64,000 nucleotides of DNA from an uncultured Veillonellaceae bacterium (GTDB lineage Bacteria > Bacillota > Negativicutes > JARBTT01), in NCBI GenBank assembly GCA_963805085.1, contig CAWDTA010000002.1:800001-864000 (forward strand). The letters run 5' to 3'. Position 1 is the first letter of the stretch; every line of letters starts with the position of its first letter. The notes beneath the pieces were generated by a model. The model was not told where the DNA came from and searched no databases. It saw nothing but the letters and a program-made list of their open reading frames with translations. A program made the position numbers and the translations under genes. This document shows, piece after piece, positions 51,743 to 62,193 of this stretch.

Positions 51743-54073
51743 GTGTTTAAAATTAATACATTAGAAGGACATAATCGTATGTCAACGCAAGATTTGCTTA
51801 TGGCCATTAGTGAGGCTGTGGCAAATGGTGAGACAGAATTTGATATAGCGGCTTCCGGCCAACATGATATTGGTGGACCGCTATGGCACCCAGAGGGTAA
51901 AACGTTAAAATTCCATGTAACCAATGCTGGTCAACGCGTTGGTTCTATGTGTCTTGAAAATACAGAGATTATCGTAGATGGTTCTGCTTCCGCTGACGTA
52001 GGTTGGCTCAATGCAGGTGGGAAAATCGTCATCAAGGGTGATGCTGGGGATACAGCGGGCCATTGTGCGGCAGCTGGTAGTATTTATATCGGCGGACGTG
52101 CTGGTACGCGCTCAGGTTCTTTAATGAAACATGACCCACTTTATGATCCGCCAGAAATGTGGATACTCAAGAATGTTGGCAGTTTTTCCTTTGAGTTCAT
52201 GGGTGGCGGTAAGGCGATTGTCTGCGGCTATGATAGTGAAGCATTTGAGTCGGTACTTGGTGATCGTGCTTGTGTTGGTATGGTTGGTGGTGTTCTTTAC
52301 TTTAGGGGTAAGGCAAAAGGTATTTCTCAAGAGGAACTCACTGTAACTGAACTTGAAGCTAGCGATATTGAATATTTAGATGGTAAAATGGATGATTTCT
52401 TAAGTTCCATAGATAGGCCAGAACTTCGCGTTGAACTTACCAATTGGAGTGAATGGCATAAGTTGAGACCATTGACGTTTGAAGAACGCATACCAAAAGA
52501 TGTGGGCAATATTAAAGATTTTCGTACGAAAGAATGGGTTGAAGGCGGTATCTTCAGCGATGTTTGTATGGATGACTTTGTGGTAAATAGTCTGGTTGTT
52601 ACGGGGACTTATCGTCAACGGGTGCCAGCTTGGGAAAACGCAAAATATGCGGCTCCTTGTGAGTTTAATTGCCCGGCAAATGTGCCAACGCAACAACGGT
52701 ATAATTTACTTCGTGAAGGCAAAGTAGAAGAAGCGTATAAATTAGTTCTGGAATATACTCCATTCCCAGGATCTGTCTGCGGTAGCGTTTGTCCTAACCT
52801 TTGTATGGAAGGGTGTACGCGTGGAACACTTGATGAGGCTGTACAGATTGGTCAACTTGGACTTTACTCGGTAGATACGATTGTAGAAGCACCAACTGTG
52901 AAAACGGGCAAAATAATCGCGGTTCTTGGTGGTGGGGTCGCAGGGCTAAATGCAGCTTGGCAATTAGCGAAAAAGGGTCATGATGTTATTGTCTATGAAG
53001 AAGATGCAAAAATGGGTGGGAAACTAGAACAAGTTATTCCTCGTTCTCGTCTACCACAAGAAATATTACAAAAAGAATTAAAACGCATTACCGATATGGG
53101 CATTAAATTTGTTAATAACTATAAAATAACTGCCGAAAGGTTCGCTGAAATAAAAGCTGGGCATGATGCGGTTATCGTGGCTACCGGTGGACATAATCCA
53201 ACTGTATTCCCATGGCCAGGAAAAGAAAGAATTGTTAAGGGATTACATTTCTTAAAAGCGGTGAACAAGGGGGAACATCCAGCAGTTGGTAAAAATGTTA
53301 TTGTTATCGGGTGTGGTAATTCTGGGATGGATGCTGCCTTGGGTGCGTATCAGATGGGCGCTGAAAAGGTTACGTGTATTGATGTACAAAAACCAGCGGC
53401 TTTTGCCAAAGAAATCGCCCACGTAGAAGCTCTCGGTGGTAAACTTATTTGGCCAGTAATGACCAAAGAAGTAACGGATGAAGGGATTATTACGAATGAC
53501 GGTACACTCATCCCTGGCGATATGGTAATCATTACAGTGGGTGAAGTTCCAGAACTTGAATATTTACCAGAAGGCTTAGAAAAATTCCGGGCTTGGTTGG
53601 TACCAAAAGCCGATAAAAGCATTATGGACGGTGTATTCGCTGCAGGGGATGTGATTAAACCAGGTCGCCTTGTTGATGCAATTGGGGCGGGTTCTAAAGC
53701 AGCTCATGCGGCAGATCTTTATGTAAGAGGGCTTGCTTATGAACCGGAAACAGAAAAAATTTTGGTGCCATCAAATCAATTAGGCAAAGATTATTTTACA
53801 AAATGCCATAGCTGTGAACTACCTGCGGCAAATGAAGATTATAATCGTTGTATTAGTTGTGGGACTTGTCGTGATTGCCAAATGTGCTTGAATTCTTGTC
53901 CTGAAAAAGCAATCACAAGAGTTGATTTGCCAGATGGAACATTCCAATATGAATCTAACGCGGAAAAATGTATTGGCTGTGGCATTTGTTCAGGTGTTTG
54001 TCCATGCGGTATTTGGTTGATGGGCTCTAATACTGAAAAAATCAATATGTATAGAACGTATAATAAAAGTTAA
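51743..54073 (+). CDS. Fusion of GltB3-like GXGXG domain, GltD-like FAD/NAD(P)H oxidoreductase and C-terminal ferredoxin
   Basis: Beta-helix repeats, CEFNCP..CGSVCP..CMEGC, GGGVAG, GCGNSGMD, AAGD and two terminal CxxCxxC motifs. Confidence 0.88.
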   Translation: MFKINTLEGHNRMSTQDLLMAISEAVANGETEFDIAASGQHDIGGPLWHPEGKTLKFHVTNAGQRVGSMCLENTEIIVDGSASADVGWLNAGGKIVIKGDAGDTAGHCAAAGSIYIGGRAGTRSGSLMKHDPLYDPPEMWILKNVGSFSFEFMGGGKAIVCGYDSEAFESVLGDRACVGMVGGVLYFRGKAKGISQEELTVTELEASDIEYLDGKMDDFLSSIDRPELRVELTNWSEWHKLRPLTFEERIPKDVGNIKDFRTKEWVEGGIFSDVCMDDFVVNSLVVTGTYRQRVPAWENAKYAAPCEFNCPANVPTQQRYNLLREGKVEEAYKLVLEYTPFPGSVCGSVCPNLCMEGCTRGTLDEAVQIGQLGLYSVDTIVEAPTVKTGKIIAVLGGGVAGLNAAWQLAKKGHDVIVYEEDAKMGGKLEQVIPRSRLPQEILQKELKRITDMGIKFVNNYKITAERFAEIKAGHDAVIVATGGHNPTVFPWPGKERIVKGLHFLKAVNKGEHPAVGKNVIVIGCGNSGMDAALGAYQMGAEKVTCIDVQKPAAFAKEIAHVEALGGKLIWPVMTKEVTDEGIITNDGTLIPGDMVIITVGEVPELEYLPEGLEKFRAWLVPKADKSIMDGVFAAGDVIKPGRLVDAIGAGSKAAHAADLYVRGLAYEPETEKILVPSNQLGKDYFTKCHSCELPAANEDYNRCISCGTCRDCQMCLNSCPEKAITRVDLPDGTFQYESNAEKCIGCGICSGVCPCGIWLMGSNTEKINMYRTYNKS

Positions 54074-54355
54074 GCTGTTTTAAAATGTCGGATTTTGCGG
54101 AATGGATTACTGCAGAATCCGACATTTGGCTTTGCGTATAATTTAAGATATTTATAAAATAGGAAAAAGACACGAATTCATTTTGTTTAAGCCTGATGTA
54201 TCAACAGTAAAAGTACAAGTGTGTGTTTTAAGCGTACAAAATGACTTAAGAAATATATTGACGATGTAACAAATGTAAACTATAATACTCTTATGGCATA
54301 TGAGCGAGGATGTGTAGCTCATATACTGGGGGATATTTTTCTAGGGGGGTACAAA

Positions 54356-55543
54356 ATGAATTTAAAGAAGAAAGTGATGTCTATGACCAGTATGGTCGTA
54401 GGGATGACAATGATGGGCGTATTGTTTGCTGGTTGCGGTGGTAATGACGCGGCAAATAACAACGAAATTAAAATTGGTGCAAACTTTGAGTTAACAGGCG
54501 GCGTTGCGAATTATGGTAGCCAAGCGTTAAACGGTATCAAATTAGCAATCAAACAGGCCAATGATGCTGGTGGAGTAAATGGCAAGAAAATCAATTTGAT
54601 TGTCGCTGATAACAAATCAGAAGCATCTGAAGCAGCCAATGCAACAACAAAACTAATTTCCAACGATAAAGTTAAAGTTGTTCTTGGTCCAGCAACGACT
54701 TCGAACATGTTAGCAACAACGCAAATTGCAACAGATAACAAAATTCCAGTCATTGCACCAACAGGTACAAATCCTAAAATTACGGTTGGTGAAGATGGTA
54801 AAGTAAAACCATTTATCTTCCGTAGTTGTTTCATTGATCCACTACAAGGTGAAGTAATGGCAGGATTTGCAGCGAAAACATTAAATGCGAAGACCGCAGC
54901 GATTTACGTAGATTCCAGTTCTGACTATTCCAAGAGTCTAGCAGAAGTATTTACAAAACAATTTGAAGCAGCTGGTGGTAAGGTTATTGTACAAGAAGCA
55001 TTCTTACAAAAAGACCAGGACTTCAAATCAACACTTACAAAAATAAAAGCGTCAAATCCTGACGTTGTATTTATCCCAGCTTACTATGAAGAAGTTGGTA
55101 AAATCGTAAAACAAGCACGTGAATTAGGCATTACTGTTCCTTTACTTGGAACTGATGGTTGGGATGATGCTAAACTTGCTGAAATCGCTGGTGCCGCACC
55201 ATTGAATAATACATTCTTTAGTTCTCACTATTCTATCCAAGATAGTGATGAAAATGTTAAAAAATTCATTGAAGCTTATAAAGCTGAATATAAACAAGAA
55301 CCAAGTGTATTTGCAGCTTTAGGATATGATGCAGGCATGATGCTAATTGATGCAATCAAACGCGCTGGGTCTGATGATCCAGAAAAAATTCGTAAGGCAT
55401 TAGAAGAAACGAAAGATTTACAAGTGGGTACTGGTGTTATCACAATTGATAAAAACCATGATCCAATTAAATCAGCCGTTGTTTTGGAAATGAAAGACGG
55501 TCAAAAAATCTTCAAACAAAAGATCAATCCTACCAAGGAATAA
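54356..55543 (+). CDS. Branched-chain amino acid ABC substrate-binding lipoprotein (LivK/J-like) 1
   Basis: LFAGC lipobox, ELTG, DNKSE, FRSCFID and GTDGWD. Promoter TTGACG-17-TATAAT at 54258-54286. Confidence 0.93.
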   Translation: MNLKKKVMSMTSMVVGMTMMGVLFAGCGGNDAANNNEIKIGANFELTGGVANYGSQALNGIKLAIKQANDAGGVNGKKINLIVADNKSEASEAANATTKLISNDKVKVVLGPATTSNMLATTQIATDNKIPVIAPTGTNPKITVGEDGKVKPFIFRSCFIDPLQGEVMAGFAAKTLNAKTAAIYVDSSSDYSKSLAEVFTKQFEAAGGKVIVQEAFLQKDQDFKSTLTKIKASNPDVVFIPAYYEEVGKIVKQARELGITVPLLGTDGWDDAKLAEIAGAAPLNNTFFSSHYSIQDSDENVKKFIEAYKAEYKQEPSVFAALGYDAGMMLIDAIKRAGSDDPEKIRKALEETKDLQVGTGVITIDKNHDPIKSAVVLEMKDGQKIFKQKINPTKE

Positions 55544-55670
55544 ATTAAAAGAATACTTGCAATTAAAATCAATGTTGATTAGCAGGGGCGAGGCAGACAT
55601 ATGTCTTGTTCCTGCTTTTTTACATATTATTCCCAGTTTCGAGTTAACAAAACTTAAGGGGGGCGTAAAC

Positions 55671-56846
55671 ATGAAAAATAAATTGACGAAAATTACCAGT
55701 CTTTTGGTAGGGCTGGCAATGGGCACTAGTTTACTAGCCGGTTGTGGTGGTGCAGCAACACAAGCTGATAGTAAGGAAATTCTTGTTGGTGGGAACTTTG
55801 AGATGACTGGTGGTATTGCCAATTTTGGTATGCAAACTACAAATGGCCTTAAATTGGCGTTTAAGCAGATTAATGACGCTGGTGGAATCAATGGTAAGAA
55901 AATCAAATTTATCATTGCTGACAACAAATCAGAGCCATCAGAATCGGCAAATGCAACAACGAAACTGATTACAAATGATAAAGTTAAAGTTGTGATTGGA
56001 GCAGTTTCTAGTTCGAATGTACTTGCAGCTATTCCAATTGCTCAGTCTAATAAAGTTCCGTTGATTACACCAACAGGAACAAACCCTAAAATCACCGTTG
56101 GCGACGACGGCAAAGTAAATAGCTATGTTTTTAGATCGTGCTTTATTGACACATTCCAAGGTAGCATAATGGCAAACTTTGCTACAAACTCTTTAAATGC
56201 AAAAACTGTGGTAGTTTATTCCGATAACAGTTCAGACGAGTCAAAAGGGTTAGCAGAAGTATTTACAAAGCAATTTGAAGCAGCTGGCGGTAAAGTTCTT
56301 GGACAAGAAGCTTTCTTGCAAAAAGACCAAGACTTTAAAGCAACACTTACAAAAATTAAAGCATTAAATCCAGATATTGTGTTCTTACCTGCATACTATG
56401 AAGAAGTAGGTAAAATTCTAAAACAAGCCCACGACCTAGGTATTACAGCAAAATTCCTAGGTACTGATGGTTGGGATGATCCTAAAATGGTAGATGTAGC
56501 TGGTAAAGATGCTGTAGAAGGTAATTTCTTTAGCAATCACTATTCAGCGCAAGATACGGATCCGAATGTAAAAAGTTTCGTAGATGCTTATAAAGCAGAA
56601 TATAATCAAGAACCTAGTGCTCTTGCCGCACTTGGTTACGATGCTGGCTTGATGGTTGCTGATGCAATCAAACGTGCTGGCTCTGATGATCCAGAAAAAA
56701 TCCGTAAAGCATTAGAAGAAACAAAAAACTTCCAGGTTAGCACAGGGATTATTTCCTTAGATGATAGCCATAACCCAATTAAATCTGCGGTTGTAATTGA
56801 AATGAAAGATGGTAAACAAGTATTCAAAGAAAAAATCAATCCTTGA
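55671..56846 (+). CDS. LivK/J-like lipoprotein 2
   Basis: LLAGC lipobox; paralogue of the preceding gene. Start ATG 55671. Confidence 0.93.
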   Translation: MKNKLTKITSLLVGLAMGTSLLAGCGGAATQADSKEILVGGNFEMTGGIANFGMQTTNGLKLAFKQINDAGGINGKKIKFIIADNKSEPSESANATTKLITNDKVKVVIGAVSSSNVLAAIPIAQSNKVPLITPTGTNPKITVGDDGKVNSYVFRSCFIDTFQGSIMANFATNSLNAKTVVVYSDNSSDESKGLAEVFTKQFEAAGGKVLGQEAFLQKDQDFKATLTKIKALNPDIVFLPAYYEEVGKILKQAHDLGITAKFLGTDGWDDPKMVDVAGKDAVEGNFFSNHYSAQDTDPNVKSFVDAYKAEYNQEPSALAALGYDAGLMVADAIKRAGSDDPEKIRKALEETKNFQVSTGIISLDDSHNPIKSAVVIEMKDGKQVFKEKINP

Positions 56847-57185
56847 TTTTTAGAAAAATGCGATTAAACTGTTGTTTTGTTAGCCGATACAATGGTTCCC
56901 GAGAGTGAAACAAAAACGAGGAGCTAGCACGAAAATATTTTGTGAATAGCTCCTTGTCTTTATTGGAAGGACAAAAAATGATTTTGTCCTAATATTGTGG
57001 TATTGACAATATTGGGAAGTACTTTTAAAATTAAACCTATTGGTACTTAATTAAGTTAGGATTTAAACTAAATTATCTATGGTGGATAATTTTATTTTGA
57101 TTAAGTATGAATGAGAAGTAAGGTTACGGGCAGAGATAGTGTAACATTACTTTCTGGCGAGTATTAATAGTTGAGGGGGATCATT

Positions 57186-58358
57186 ATGTTTTTCAATAAA
57201 AGTAAACAAATGTTATGTGCAGTTACAGCGATGGGCATGCTTGCACTAGCCGTTACTGGTTGTGGTGGCGGTTCTAGCTCTGACACAATTAAACTTGGGG
57301 CAAATTTAGAAATGACAGGTACAAATGCTACCTTTGGTCAATCAGCGACCAATGGGGCAAAGCTTGCAATTAAAGAAGTAAATGCAAAGGGTGGCGTACT
57401 TGGCAAGAAAATAAGTTTAGTCGTAGCAGATAATAAATCAGAAGCTGCAGAAGCAGCCAATGCAATGCAAAAATTAATTTCACAAGATAAAGTACTAGGT
57501 GTTATTGCACCAATCGCGTCTTCTAGTGTTATTGCTGGTGCACAAGTAAATATGGACGGTAAAGTTCTTGCGATTAGTCCAACAGCGTCTAATCCAAAAG
57601 TAACAGTCGATCCAGCTACTGGGAAAACTCGCGATTATTTATTTAGAGCAGCGTTTATTGATCCTTTCCAAGGCTCTGTAATGGCTAATTTTGCAACGAA
57701 AACGCTAAAAGGTAAAACGGCAGCGTTGTATATTGATAATTCCAGTGACTATGCAAAAGGGTTAGGGCAATTCTTTAAAGAAACGTTTATCAAAAATGGT
57801 GGAACTATTGTCGCTGAAGAAGCATATTTAGCAAAAGATACTGATTTTAAATCAACCTTAACAAAGATTAAAGCAACAAATCCTGACATCGTATTTGTAC
57901 CGGGCTACTACCAAGAAGTTGGTATGATCGTAAAACAAGGCCGCGAAATTGGTATTAAAGCGGCAATATTAGGTGGCGATGGTTGGGATAGTGCGAAACT
58001 TCCTGAAATCGCTGGTGCCGAAGCATTAAATAATACATTCTTCGCAAATCATTATTCCCCGGACGATAATAGCCCTGCAATTAAAACCTTTGTTGATTCT
58101 TATAAAGCAGAATATGGCGAAACTCCAGATGCCTTCGCAGCGCTTTCGTATGATGCTACTATGATGATCATTGAAGCAATCAAACGTGCTGGCAGTGAAG
58201 ACACTGTGAAAATCAAAGATGAACTTGCAAAAACAAAAGACTATCAAGCTGTTTCAGGAGTAATTACCTTAAATGAAACACATGATGCGGTTAAGAGTGC
58301 CGTTGTTATTGAAATGAAAGATGGTAAACAAACTTTTAAAGAAAAAGTAAATCCATAA
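57186..58358 (+). CDS. LivK/J-like lipoprotein 3
   Basis: AVTGC lipobox, with its own promoter TTGACA-17-TAAAAT at 57003-57031. Confidence 0.93.
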   Translation: MFFNKSKQMLCAVTAMGMLALAVTGCGGGSSSDTIKLGANLEMTGTNATFGQSATNGAKLAIKEVNAKGGVLGKKISLVVADNKSEAAEAANAMQKLISQDKVLGVIAPIASSSVIAGAQVNMDGKVLAISPTASNPKVTVDPATGKTRDYLFRAAFIDPFQGSVMANFATKTLKGKTAALYIDNSSDYAKGLGQFFKETFIKNGGTIVAEEAYLAKDTDFKSTLTKIKATNPDIVFVPGYYQEVGMIVKQGREIGIKAAILGGDGWDSAKLPEIAGAEALNNTFFANHYSPDDNSPAIKTFVDSYKAEYGETPDAFAALSYDATMMIIEAIKRAGSEDTVKIKDELAKTKDYQAVSGVITLNETHDAVKSAVVIEMKDGKQTFKEKVNP

Positions 58359-58533
58359 AGCGAATCGTTATTTATCAAGAAACACACTATGATGATACTA
58401 ATAATATAGTATATATCCATAGTGTGTTTTTGTGTGATGGACATTGAGGAAAACTATTGTATACAAAATGCGGTATATTTTATATATAAACGCTAAAATC
58501 ACCGTTAATCGAGCAAATATGTAAAATGAATGA

Positions 58534-58715
58534 TTGACAGTACAAAGTTACAATATTATAATGATGATAGTAATGGTTTTAGTCGTAGACGTTTAAACTG
58601 TAAGTATGAGGATGTTTGTTGCTCAGGGTGGAGCATACTGCTAGGTATGGCGAAATTAGAGGTAAATGAAGACCTTTAGCCAATCGTAATGGCTAAAGGT
58701 CTTTTCGTGGTTTTT
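58534..58715 (+). promoter_or_regulatory. Consensus promoter and leader with premature terminator upstream of livH
   Basis: TTGACA-17-TATAAT (58534-58562) and stem AAGACCTTTAGCCA/TGGCTAAAGGTCTT (58669-58703) followed by a T-rich tail. Confidence 0.65.
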
Positions 58716-58801
58716 ACCATGTAGCATGACAGATAACGGAAACCTCAGTTTAAGGGTTACTAGCCAAAACGTCAGTTATTTATATGAATGGAGGAGAAAA
58801 A

Positions 58802-59689
58802 ATGGAATTTTTGGAACAATTAATTCAGCAGTTAATTAATGGTGTTTCATTGGGTAGTATTTATGCCTTGATCGCATTAGGTTATACTATGGTTTACGGG
58901 ATTATCAAATTAATTAACTTTGCCCATGGCGACATTTATATGATTGGCGCATATGCTGGTTTCTTTGCAACAGCAAACCTTGGTTTACCATTTGTGCCAG
59001 CACTTATCGTATCAATGGTTGTGGCTGGTTTGATTGGGATGTTGATTGAACGAATGGCATATCGTCCACTTCGTCATGCGCCGAAAATTGCGGTATTGAT
59101 TACGGCAATTGGTATTTCATTGTTATTAGAATATGGTGGAATGTTACTTTTCACTCCACAACCGAGAACGTTTCCTAACGTATTGGAATCGGTAACGTAT
59201 CATATGGGACCATTTGTAGTAAATAGTCAACAAATCATTATTTTAGTCGTTTCAATTATTTTAATGGTTATCTTAACTTATGTAGTACAAAAAACAATCA
59301 TTGGTAAAGCAATGCGTGCAGTTTCTTTTGATACGGATGCAGCGCAATTGATGGGGATAGACGTTGACCGCATTATTTCAGCTACGTTTGGTATCGGTTC
59401 AGCGCTTGCCGCTGCGGCTGGTGTACTTGTTGGTATCTATTATAATTCTATCGATCCACTTATGGGGATCATGCCGGGGCTAAAAGCCTTCGTTGCAGCA
59501 GTACTTGGTGGTATTGGTATTATTCCTGGTGCAATGGCCGGTGGTGTTATTCTTGGTGTTATTGAAGCACTAGTAAGTGGATTCATTTCATCTACATTCC
59601 GTGATGCAGCGGCGTTTGCCATTTTAATTATTATCCTATTGTTCAAACCTTCAGGGTTATTTGGCAAAAACGTACGCGAGAAAGTGTAG
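58802..59689 (+). CDS. livH: BCAA ABC permease LivH
   Basis: GSIYALIALGYTMVYG..NFAHG..GKAMRA..LKAFVAAVLGGIG. Confidence 0.95.
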   Translation: MEFLEQLIQQLINGVSLGSIYALIALGYTMVYGIIKLINFAHGDIYMIGAYAGFFATANLGLPFVPALIVSMVVAGLIGMLIERMAYRPLRHAPKIAVLITAIGISLLLEYGGMLLFTPQPRTFPNVLESVTYHMGPFVVNSQQIIILVVSIILMVILTYVVQKTIIGKAMRAVSFDTDAAQLMGIDVDRIISATFGIGSALAAAAGVLVGIYYNSIDPLMGIMPGLKAFVAAVLGGIGIIPGAMAGGVILGVIEALVSGFISSTFRDAAAFAILIIILLFKPSGLFGKNVREKV

Positions 59690-60643
59690 GTGGTAGATAT
59701 GAGAGCGATAACGAAGAAAGACTTAAAAATAGCTGGTGCTTGCGTAGTCTTATATGCGATTATTGAAGCACTGTTAAAAATGGATATAATCGGTTCCTTT
59801 TGGGAACTAAACTTAATTTTGATTGCGATTAATATTATTATGTCAGTCAGCCTTAACTTGATTAACGGCTATACAGGGCAATTTTCGCTTGGGCATGCCG
59901 GATTTATGGCCGTTGGTGCATATGTCAGTGCCATTATTACGGTGAAATTTCACTTGCCATTTCTCTTAGCAATTATTGTTGGTGCTTTGGGATCGGGATT
60001 ACTTGGGTTCTTAATTGGATTGCCAACGTTGCGGCTAAATGGTGACTATTTAGCAATTGCAACTCTAGGACTTGGTGAAATCATTCGTATCGTTATTCTT
60101 AATATTCCATATGTCGGTGGTGCTTCGGGCTTCATGGGAATTCCTCGATATACAAACTTTACGTGGGCATTCTTTGTCTGCTTATTCACGCTATTCTTTA
60201 TCAAAAATTTAGTGAATTCTTCACATGGCCGGGCATGTATTTCTATTCGCGAAAATGAAATTGCTGCGGAAGCAATGGGGATTGATACGACAAGATATAA
60301 AGTGATTGCATTTACAATTGGTGCGGCATTCGCTGGTGTTGCTGGGGCCTTATTTGCCCATTACTTCTATATTGCGCATCCAGCATCGTTCACATTTATG
60401 ATGTCTTTCAATTATTTAACAATGGTTGTTATGGGGGGGCTTGGCTCTATCACGGGCTCTATTGCTGGTGCAGTTATCTTAACGTTCGTTTCCGCTGCGC
60501 TTGCAAGTTGGCCTGAATGGCGGATGATTGTTTATTCAATCGTGTTAATTTTGTTAATGCTTTATCGTCCACAAGGCTTATTTGGTAATGTGGAATTAAC
60601 TAGTCTTAGCATTTTTAAACGTTTCAAGGGAGGTAGCAAGTAA
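59690..60643 (+). CDS. livM: BCAA ABC permease LivM
   Basis: GQFSLGHAGF, LRLNGDYLAIATLG, IRENEIAAEAMG and RPQGLFG. Confidence 0.95.
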   Translation: MVDMRAITKKDLKIAGACVVLYAIIEALLKMDIIGSFWELNLILIAINIIMSVSLNLINGYTGQFSLGHAGFMAVGAYVSAIITVKFHLPFLLAIIVGALGSGLLGFLIGLPTLRLNGDYLAIATLGLGEIIRIVILNIPYVGGASGFMGIPRYTNFTWAFFVCLFTLFFIKNLVNSSHGRACISIRENEIAAEAMGIDTTRYKVIAFTIGAAFAGVAGALFAHYFYIAHPASFTFMMSFNYLTMVVMGGLGSITGSIAGAVILTFVSAALASWPEWRMIVYSIVLILLMLYRPQGLFGNVELTSLSIFKRFKGGSK

Positions 60644-61410
60644 TGAATTTACTTAAAGCCGAAAAAGTCTCTAAAGTATTTGGTGGGTTAAAAGCAGTTT
60701 CAAATTTCGATATGCATATTGACAAAGGTGAACTGATTGGGTTGATTGGTCCAAATGGTGCCGGAAAAACAACAGCATTTAACCTTTTAACTGGTGTTTA
60801 TCAACCAACAACGGGTGCGATTGAATTTGATGGCAAAAGCGTAATTGGCCTGAAACCATTCCAAATTACGCAAGGCGGGATTGCCCGTACATTCCAAAAT
60901 ATTCGTTTATTTTCTGAGCTTAGCGTGCTTGATAATGTAAAAATCGCATATCATTCTCACGTAGAATATGGTTTAGTCGAAGCAGTTCTTCGCGTTGGCC
61001 GTTATTTCAGGGAAGAAGATGAGATTGAACAAAAAGCAATTGATTTCTTGAAAATTTTCAAATTAGAACATAAAAAAGATGAAATTGCTAAGAATTTACC
61101 ATATGGTGAACAACGCCGCTTAGAAATTGCGCGTGCACTTGCTGCAAAACCAAAACTGTTGTTATTAGATGAGCCAGCAGCAGGGATGAATCCGCAAGAA
61201 ACACAAGCGTTGATGGAAATGATTAGTTGGATTCGTAAAGAGTTTGGTTTGACCATTCTATTAATCGAACATGATATGAACTTGGTAATGGGAATCTGCG
61301 AAAGAATCTATGTATTGGAATATGGTAGCATTATCGCTCATGGTACGCCAAACGAAATTAAGAACAATCCACAAGTTATCAAAGCTTATCTTGGGGAAGA
61401 GGTGGAATAA
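60643..61410 (+). CDS. livG: BCAA ABC ATPase LivG
   Basis: GPNGAGKTT, RTFQNIRLF, LPYGEQR and IEHDM. Confidence 0.96.
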   Translation: MNLLKAEKVSKVFGGLKAVSNFDMHIDKGELIGLIGPNGAGKTTAFNLLTGVYQPTTGAIEFDGKSVIGLKPFQITQGGIARTFQNIRLFSELSVLDNVKIAYHSHVEYGLVEAVLRVGRYFREEDEIEQKAIDFLKIFKLEHKKDEIAKNLPYGEQRRLEIARALAAKPKLLLLDEPAAGMNPQETQALMEMISWIRKEFGLTILLIEHDMNLVMGICERIYVLEYGSIIAHGTPNEIKNNPQVIKAYLGEEVE

Positions 61411-62114
61411 TGCTTAATATTGAAAATATCAATGTATATTATGGGGCAATTCATGCCATAAAAGATATTAGTATCAATGTAACAGAGGGTGAGATCGTAA
61501 CGTTAATTGGTGCGAATGGTGCTGGTAAAAGTACAACGCTTCGTACTATTTCTGGTCTATTAAAACCGAGATCGGGTAAGATTGACTTTGAAGGACAAAA
61601 CATTGCGGGTATTCCTGCGCAAGCAATTGTGAAACAAGGAATTTCTCAAGTTCCTGAAGGACGTCGCGTATTTGCGAACATGACGGTATTGGAAAACCTT
61701 GAATTAGGTGCTTATATTAGAAAAGATAAAGCTGGCATTAAAGAAGATTTGAATTCTGTCTTTGAACGCTTTCCACGTCTGCTAGAGCGTAAAATTCAAC
61801 TCGCAGGTACACTAAGTGGTGGGGAACAACAAATGTTAGCGATGGGGCGTGCACTCATGAGTCGTCCGCGTTTATTGCTACTTGACGAACCATCGATGGG
61901 GCTTGCACCATTACTTGTAAAAGAAATATTCTCTATTGTAAAAGAAATTAATCAGACAGGCACTACCGTTTTATTAGTAGAGCAAAATGCGAACATGGCC
62001 TTGTCCATCGCGCATAAAGCATATGTACTTGAAACAGGTAGAATTACTCTGTCTGGTGATGCAAAAAAACTTGCAGCGAGTGAAGACGTACGTAAGGCAT
62101 ACCTTGGTGGTTAA
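61410..62114 (+). CDS. livF: BCAA ABC ATPase LivF
   Basis: GANGAGKST, VPEGRRVF, LSGGEQQM and VEQN. Confidence 0.96.
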   Translation: MLNIENINVYYGAIHAIKDISINVTEGEIVTLIGANGAGKSTTLRTISGLLKPRSGKIDFEGQNIAGIPAQAIVKQGISQVPEGRRVFANMTVLENLELGAYIRKDKAGIKEDLNSVFERFPRLLERKIQLAGTLSGGEQQMLAMGRALMSRPRLLLLDEPSMGLAPLLVKEIFSIVKEINQTGTTVLLVEQNANMALSIAHKAYVLETGRITLSGDAKKLAASEDVRKAYLGG

Positions 62115-62193
62115 TTTGTTTTTTATTGAAAGTCTTTAATAGTAAGGTATATAATCAAAATATAATGATGCAAGTTGAGAGGAGTGTTCTATT

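Noticed and set aside
58620-58640. AGGGTGG resembling a T-box
   Set aside because: It is not followed by NACC/ACCGCG, and no specifier stem I is recognisable.
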